Shown here one piece after another: positions 32,148-37,382 of a stretch of DNA of 37,382 nt (within the stretch, counting starts at the first letter, position 1; every line of letters starts with the position of its first letter). The stretch lies in sequence record SRR20825010_2885; one strand, 5' to 3'. The notes under the pieces were generated by a model. That model was not told the origin of the DNA. It was given only the letters and a program-made list of their open reading frames with translations, and searched no databases. A program made the position numbers and the translations under genes.

Positions 32148-33518
32148 ATGGTCGATTTCAGACCCCTCCTGTTTGTCAACGCACTGGCACTGATGCTTCT
32201 GGTGACGGCAGGCTTTGCGTCTGTCCGCGATGACCTGTCCAGGGGCATGAAACCGGTAGCCACCGCCCCGGACACCGAAGAGACCATTGCCCGTGCGTCC
32301 ATGGATACCCCAGTGGACGCGCAGCGTTCGGACGAACTTTACCAGCCGAATAGCAGGGAAGACGTAGCCGAAAACGACCTCGAACTGCCCTTGGAAAACG
32401 ATGCCCTGGCGGCATCCGGAGAGACGCCAGTCAACGGTTCCGAGACCGCGTCCAACGCCAACCGCATAAACGCAGAGCCTTTTTCCGTTCCCGACCTGCC
32501 GGAAGACCCCAAGATGCTGGCGATGGCAGAGCCAATGTCTGCCATGCCGGAAACGGAGGCTCGGAGCGATGCGCCAGAGCCTCCCACAACCGGGCTGCTG
32601 ATCCTGCGCTCCAATGTCGTCGGCGACAACGTCACCATCAATGGTAAGAACCACGGGGCCACACGGCTGGATCTGGAATTGGAGCCGGGCAAATACGACA
32701 TCATCATCCGCAAGGAAGGTTACAAGCCCTGGCAACAGACCGTGGCTATCGCCGCCGGCAATGAGAAAACCCTGGTGGGCAAACTGGAGGCCTATACGAG
32801 GGTGGAGTACCGGGACGGTACCTGGGTTGGCGGCATCAAAACCGGCGATGGCACCTACGAAGACGCCGACGGACTCAGGTATGAGGGGCACTTCGTGGAC
32901 GGCGAATTTGACGGTAAGGGCACCGCCTGGCTCCCGGACGGCAGCCGCTATGAAGGCGACTGGGAAAAAGGCCAGCGTCATGGCGAAGGCACCTGGCGTG
33001 ACGCGGATGACACCCGCTACACCGGCCAGTTCCGCAATGACCAGTTTGACGGCCAGGGCACGCTCACCATGGCCAATGGCGACATTCTCACCGGACAATG
33101 GTCAGGCGGCAGGCTCAACGGGCATGGCTCGCTCACCACCTCGGACGGCATGCTCTATGTCGGCGGCTTCAAGGATGACGAATTCCATGGTGAAGGCACT
33201 CTTACCTACCCCGACGGGCGCCACTACGAAGGGGAATTCTCCAACGGCGAGTTCCACGGGAACGGCAAGGAAGTCTTCGCTGATGGAAAAAAATACGAAG
33301 GCCAGTATATTGAAGGCTCGTTCCACGGCAAAGGGCTGCTACTGAACCCCAATGGCAGTTCGATTGAAGCGACCTTCCGGTACGGCGAACCCTATGGACA
33401 GGTACGCCTGACAACGGCAGCCGGGGAGGTATTTACTGCCCGGACCAAGGAACCCGGTGTTTGTTATCGGGAGAAAAGCTACCGGGCCACCCAGTGCCCG
33501 ACACTTGAAGGCTGGTAA
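32148..33518 (+). CDS. Exported/anchored PEGA-domain + MORN-repeat protein
   Basis: N-terminal hydrophobic anchor, acidic linker, PEGA-like GLLILRSNV...LEPGKYDIIIRKEGY, about nine 23-aa YEGxFxxGxFxGxG repeats; GAGG SD before ATG 32148. Confidence 0.9.
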   Translation: MVDFRPLLFVNALALMLLVTAGFASVRDDLSRGMKPVATAPDTEETIARASMDTPVDAQRSDELYQPNSREDVAENDLELPLENDALAASGETPVNGSETASNANRINAEPFSVPDLPEDPKMLAMAEPMSAMPETEARSDAPEPPTTGLLILRSNVVGDNVTINGKNHGATRLDLELEPGKYDIIIRKEGYKPWQQTVAIAAGNEKTLVGKLEAYTRVEYRDGTWVGGIKTGDGTYEDADGLRYEGHFVDGEFDGKGTAWLPDGSRYEGDWEKGQRHGEGTWRDADDTRYTGQFRNDQFDGQGTLTMANGDILTGQWSGGRLNGHGSLTTSDGMLYVGGFKDDEFHGEGTLTYPDGRHYEGEFSNGEFHGNGKEVFADGKKYEGQYIEGSFHGKGLLLNPNGSSIEATFRYGEPYGQVRLTTAAGEVFTARTKEPGVCYREKSYRATQCPTLEGW

Positions 33519-33567
33519 ACGCCGGCCCGATAATGAACACACACGCTGTAAAGGTTGAGGTTGTGAC

Positions 33568-34665
33568 ATGGCGATCAAGAATGCACTCCTGGTAGACGAC
33601 TCGAAAGTGGCTCGATTTGCCCTGAGCAAACTGCTGGAAGGCCGGGACATGGAGGTGAACATGGCTGGCTCGGCAGAGGAGGCATTGGATTTTTTGAGCT
33701 CCCATCAACGTCCAGACGTGATTTTCATGGATCACCTTATGCCGGGCATGAACGGTGTGGAGGCCACCAAGGCCATCAAGGGCAACCCCGACACTGCCGC
33801 CATCCCCATCATTATGTGTACCTCCAAGAAATCGTCGTCGTTCATGGAGGAAGCCCGCAACTTCGGCGTTTACAACATTCTGACCAAGCCCCCACACACC
33901 GAGGGGCTTAGCCTCGTTCTCGACCAGCTCGACAGTGATGTGACCGAAGGCAATCTGCCCGAACCGCCGGAACTGGATGCTGAGCCAAATGAATTGGACG
34001 ATGACATCCTCGACATTCCCTCCGATGCCTCCCTGGAAATGTCACCAAAAGCCGACGATGGGCTACACGCGAGCGACAACAGCGGCCCCCAGGTTGTCCC
34101 ACTGACCAGCGATCTGATCGAACAGATCGCCCGCTCAGCGGTAAAAACCCACATTAACAACCGCCTGCACGAGTTACTCAGCTCGCTGTTCGACGAGCAG
34201 TTTGACCATCTTAAGCGGGTACTGGACGAATCCAGCAAAAAGCAGGAAACCGCGGTTGAGGAACGCCTGAACGCGGTGACCGAAATGATCGAAGAGCGCA
34301 CCCGCAACCTGCGTGACGACGTGGCGGCGGAAGTTAACCTGAACCTGGGCCGGGAACTGGCTGACCTGCGCAAAGACCTCTCTCGCAATACCGGCTTCAC
34401 CAGTGACCACATGGCGGAACTCAAGGATCACATCACCAGCGTACAAACCATTGATACCGAGTTCTGGCAGACCCTGCAATCCGAGGCCATCCAGCAGGCC
34501 CATGAAATTTCCCGGGAAACCGCGGAGGACATCGCCCAGCGCACCATTGACCTGTTCGTGGCACAACAGCGCTCCGCCACCTCTCGCATCTACACCGTCG
34601 GCCTGGCCGCCAGCCTTGGTATTTTTGCGGTGGGCATCGCCTGGCTTTCAGGGTTGTTCGCCTGA
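33568..34665 (+). CDS. Response regulator: receiver + acidic linker + helical/coiled-coil region + C-terminal TM
   Basis: LLVDD, IFMD55[15 protein letters not shown]; no HTH, GGDEF or kinase domain; hydrophobic tail [25 protein letters not shown]. Confidence 0.92.
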   Translation: MAIKNALLVDDSKVARFALSKLLEGRDMEVNMAGSAEEALDFLSSHQRPDVIFMDHLMPGMNGVEATKAIKGNPDTAAIPIIMCTSKKSSSFMEEARNFGVYNILTKPPHTEGLSLVLDQLDSDVTEGNLPEPPELDAEPNELDDDILDIPSDASLEMSPKADDGLHASDNSGPQVVPLTSDLIEQIARSAVKTHINNRLHELLSSLFDEQFDHLKRVLDESSKKQETAVEERLNAVTEMIEERTRNLRDDVAAEVNLNLGRELADLRKDLSRNTGFTSDHMAELKDHITSVQTIDTEFWQTLQSEAIQQAHEISRETAEDIAQRTIDLFVAQQRSATSRIYTVGLAASLGIFAVGIAWLSGLFA

Positions 34666-34686
34666 AGGCAGGACAACAAAACGACG

Positions 34687-34721
34687 GAAATACCGAGCGG
34701 GGTTACCCGGCTCGGTATTTC
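34687..34721. terminator. Hairpin between the convergent response regulator and PEP-CTERM genes
   Basis: GAAATACCGAGC...GCTCGGTATTTC, a perfect 12-bp stem. Confidence 0.7.
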
Positions 34722-34726
34722 TGCTC

Positions 34727-35473
34727 TTAGCACTGACGACGTCTTCTCAATCCCGCTATCAGAACCCCGGTCAACCCCAACGCAAACAACGGAAGACTTG
34801 CTGGAGTCGGCACAGATGCCGTTGGAGGGACATCTGGAGTGTCCGGATTGTCCGGGTTGGTACCCGGATCACCCAGGAAAAAGCTGTCTATGCCCAGGTC
34901 GGCCCTTGGCCCAAAGGTACTATGCGCTATAACTTCAAGTGTCTGGATCTCAGCAGTCGCGGTAAAAATCATGGTTTCCCACATCCAATCCGCGATTGTG
35001 CCCAGGTCGGGCATCTCCATAGCAGAGGAATTCTGACTCTCTGTCCCAAAGATGATCTCCCAATAACCTCCTGCCTCGGAGAACGCGCTATTGCTTATAC
35101 TCTGCTCAAAGGAAATCTCATACTGCTGCCCAATAACCAGCCCTTCGAGACCAACCTGCAAGGCACTCTCCACATAGGGCGATCCTGCTCGACCATCCCA
35201 GCCAATACCATGAAGAAAATCACCGCCGGTGCTGCTTGATTGCCAGGCGAAATTATTCATGGTTGTACCAGCATTGAACACATCCGGCGTGCCCTCTGTT
35301 GTAGTCCAGCCGGGAGGCACATCACTGTTGAATGAGTTCGTATTGCCGGTATAACCTTCGAATCCACCGTTTTCAAAAGCGTCAAGTAACGCTGCAGACG
35401 AGTTGCCACTGGATAAGAGTAACGCCGATGCCAGCAGGCAAGGCGTCAGTGAGTTTCTAGTCAGGTTATGCAT
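34727..35473 (-). CDS. PEP-CTERM-type (VPTP variant) exported surface protein
   Basis: Signal peptide ending SSA/A, FENGGFE...PPGW carbohydrate-binding-like domain, Pro/Asp linker, VPTPASLPLFALGL-TM-RRRR sorting signal. Confidence 0.88.
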   Translation of the reverse strand: MHNLTRNSLTPCLLASALLLSSGNSSAALLDAFENGGFEGYTGNTNSFNSDVPPGWTTTEGTPDVFNAGTTMNNFAWQSSSTGGDFLHGIGWDGRAGSPYVESALQVGLEGLVIGQQYEISFEQSISNSAFSEAGGYWEIIFGTESQNSSAMEMPDLGTIADWMWETMIFTATAEIQTLEVIAHSTFGPRADLGIDSFFLGDPGTNPDNPDTPDVPPTASVPTPASLPLFALGLTGVLIAGLRRRRQC

Positions 35474-35570
35474 GATTAACCCTCCATGCTTGATTTTGGC
35501 CTGGGAGCTCGATCAATGCCCAAACCACCACGGAGACAACGCCGAATCCCCAGCCTCCTCACATGACCAA

Positions 35571-35587
35571 AGCATAGCTCGCGCCAA
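35571..35587 (-). promoter_or_regulatory. Sigma54 -24/-12 promoter of the PEP-CTERM gene
   Basis: Minus strand TTGGCGCGAGCTATGCT = GG-N10-GC. Confidence 0.7.
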
Positions 35588-35650
35588 AATCACAATTCAT
35601 CGGAGTTTCATAGAGTAAGGGGTGTTTTCGATTTCTATCCGAGCGCTATA

Positions 35651-35667
35651 TGCATAAAAACCTGACA
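35651..35667. promoter_or_regulatory. Candidate PrsR-type enhancer site
   Basis: TGCATAAAAACCTGACA, one mismatch from TGT-N11-ACA, 63 nt upstream of the sigma54 element. Confidence 0.55.
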
Positions 35668-35710
35668 CCGTTGGGCCGCCCAGAGACAGATCCTCTGCAC
35701 CTGCAATGCC

Positions 35711-36307
35711 TTAATCGTAGCGGATTCGCTTCCAATCCTCTGGCGTATCCACATCGGATTCAACACCCTTGATGGCAAGCGTTTTGGCCTGATGACGAGT
35801 CAGTATACGAGCCGCACCGCGATCACCCTCCAGCATCATTATCTCTTTCCATAGGCGCCTGGGTATGTAGGCGGGAGCGCCGGGATTACCGTAGATATCT
35901 GCCGCAATCGGCTCACTCACCTCTTGCCTCGCACAAAATGCCAGAGAGCGAAGATCAGACTCCGAAACTAACGGTTGATCAAGAAGAGTGACAAATACGC
36001 CCTTGGCTCGTGGGCCCATAGTCTGGAGCCCGGATTTCAATGAAGCAGCCATCCCAAATACCCAATCAGGCGTGTAACACCAGGCAGAGGGCTGATTACG
36101 ACATCGATACCGTACCAAGGGGTATCCAGAACCAGAGACAACCGTAACGTTCGCTCCCAATTGCTTGGCCTGGGACACAGCGTGATCCATTAACGTGCCA
36201 TCATTGAATTTAAGTAGCGCCTTCGGCCTTCCCATACGCCTGGAGGCTCCTGCCGCCAGGAGTAGAACAGGAAAAGCGTGGTAATCGGAACCGGCAATAG
36301 TGTGCAT
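35711..36307 (-). CDS. MocA/MobA-like nucleotidyltransferase
   Basis: LLLAAGASRRMGRPKALL, GMAASL, LLDQP, GDRGAR, DVDTPED. Confidence 0.88.
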   Translation of the reverse strand: MHTIAGSDYHAFPVLLLAAGASRRMGRPKALLKFNDGTLMDHAVSQAKQLGANVTVVSGSGYPLVRYRCRNQPSAWCYTPDWVFGMAASLKSGLQTMGPRAKGVFVTLLDQPLVSESDLRSLAFCARQEVSEPIAADIYGNPGAPAYIPRRLWKEIMMLEGDRGAARILTRHQAKTLAIKGVESDVDTPEDWKRIRYD

Positions 36308-36420
36308 TTGTACTTGGGTCTCCTCGCTACCCCTGACGCAAGTCATACAAGGCTGCTAGCGTTGGCGGATTTTTGCTAGAATCTGCGCATCAATCAACCT
36401 TTTCTTGCCAGGCCCCTCCG

Positions 36421-37272
36421 ATGAATCACCTTTTCGTAGACAATCTAACGGTTATCGACTTCGCCTACCTGGATGCTTCCAGAGGGCTCGTCGGTGAAAG
36501 CTGGATTGTGGATGTGGTGCTCGGTGGCGAACTGGATGACCAAGGCATGGTGTTTGATTTCAGCAACGTCAAACGCACCATCAAACGGGTCATCGACGAG
36601 CGCGTGGACCACCGGCTGGTGATCCCAAGAGCCTATAAGGGGCTTGAGTGGAATGAGGATGAGCCAGACAGCTTCACCTGGCATCTGACCGACGGCACCC
36701 GGATTCTTCATCGGTCCCCGGACGAAGCGGTGGTGTGGCTGTCGTCTGACCGTGTAGTGCCATCTGCCGTTGCCCGGCTGTTGGAGCAGGAGTTACGGGC
36801 AGTCTTGCCGGCAAACGTGACGGATGTGGATATTGCGTTACGTGAAGATGTGATTGAAGGGGCCTACTACCACTATGTTCACGGCCTGAAGAAACACATG
36901 GGTAATTGCCAGCGAATCGCCCATGGGCATCGCTCGCCTATTCGGATCGACCGCAATGAGCACAGAGACCGGGATCTTGAGAACCAATGGGCCAAGCGGT
37001 GGCAGGATATCTATGTGGGCTCCGAGGAGGACGTAACCCAACGCTGGGTGGCCGAGGATGGCACAGCGTACGTCACCTTTGAATACGAGGCGAATCAGGG
37101 GGAATTTGCGCTGACGTTGCCGGAGAGCCGGGTTTATATGCTGGATTCGGACACCACAGTGGAGCTTATTGCGGCGCACATTGCCGGACAGTTGAAATCC
37201 GAGTTTCCGGAGGACGCCATTCGTGTCAAGGCCTATGAAGGCGTCGGAAAAGGGGCTATAGCGTCCCGCTGA
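36421..37272 (+). CDS. Double-length 6-carboxytetrahydropterin synthase (QueD/PTPS-like)
   Basis: N-half GMVFDFS...DHRL; C-half HGLKKHMGNCQRIAHGH, DTTVE, AYEG; extended -10 TGCTAGAAT at 36374-36382. Confidence 0.82.
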   Translation: MNHLFVDNLTVIDFAYLDASRGLVGESWIVDVVLGGELDDQGMVFDFSNVKRTIKRVIDERVDHRLVIPRAYKGLEWNEDEPDSFTWHLTDGTRILHRSPDEAVVWLSSDRVVPSAVARLLEQELRAVLPANVTDVDIALREDVIEGAYYHYVHGLKKHMGNCQRIAHGHRSPIRIDRNEHRDRDLENQWAKRWQDIYVGSEEDVTQRWVAEDGTAYVTFEYEANQGEFALTLPESRVYMLDSDTTVELIAAHIAGQLKSEFPEDAIRVKAYEGVGKGAIASR

Positions 37273-37288
37273 CATTTCCTTCAGACAC

Positions 37289-37315
37289 AAAAAAACCGCC
37301 CGAAGGCGGTTTTTT
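37289..37315. terminator. Bidirectional intrinsic terminator (queD-like gene and tRNA transcript)
   Basis: AAAAAAA-CCGCC-CGAA-GGCGG-TTTTTT. Confidence 0.92.
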
Positions 37316-37352
37316 GATGGCTTACCGGCGGACTAAACCGGTTGAGCCGTAT

Positions 37353-37382
37353 TGGCGTCCCCTAGGGGGTTCGAACCCCTGT
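37353..37382 (-). tRNA. tRNA-Glu, 3' portion only (cut by the window edge)
   Basis: Minus strand ACAGGGGTTCGAACCCCCTAGGGGACGCCA: T-arm with GTTCGAA, acceptor 3' strand GGGGAC-G and encoded CCA, matching gammaproteobacterial tRNA-Glu. The anticodon is outside the window. Confidence 0.88.

Noticed and set aside
32860..33400. ~69-nt periodic repeats as a possible CRISPR array or DNA repeat
   Set aside because: Periodicity is at the protein level (23-aa MORN units); there are no identical DNA repeats, spacers or cas genes.
36362..36376. Sigma54 site upstream of the queD-like gene (TTGGCGGATTTTTGC)
   Set aside because: GG-to-GC spacing is 9, not 10. An overlapping extended -10 (TGCTAGAAT) explains the sequence better.
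34727..37382. tRNA-anchored genomic island
   Set aside because: No integrase, and I found no second copy of the tRNA-Glu 3' end by eye. The tRNA is followed directly by its terminator and a housekeeping-type gene.

Overview
A 37.4-kb stretch of core chromosome from a GC-rich (~58-60% by eye) marine gammaproteobacterium; gene order and protein sequences look Marinobacter-like (inference). In window order it holds: the proline-use cluster (putP, RHH-less putA, AraC regulator); tmk-mltG-pabC; the fatty-acid/ribosome cluster (fabF, acpP, fabG, fabD, plsX, rpmF, yceD; no fabH); maf; sppA, a HAD hydrolase and rluC, divergent from rne with its ~530-nt leader; a YecA-like gene; a PHP nuclease; yciI; a ygiM-like SH3 gene; a standalone PilZ; rraA, ppsA and ppsR; an M16C peptidase; three poorly characterised genes (2-TM protein, PEGA+MORN protein, tail-anchored response regulator); a lower-GC pair (PEP-CTERM-type protein with a sigma54 promoter and enhancer, orphan MocA-like transferase); a double-length QueD-like gene; and the 3' end of tRNA-Glu. 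I see no prophage, IS, CRISPR or defence system. The best candidate for an undescribed system is the 31.5-34.7 kb trio, especially the response regulator with RomR/PopZ-like architecture. The next best is a putative Pro-stop micro-ORF ahead of putP. Both are hypotheses.
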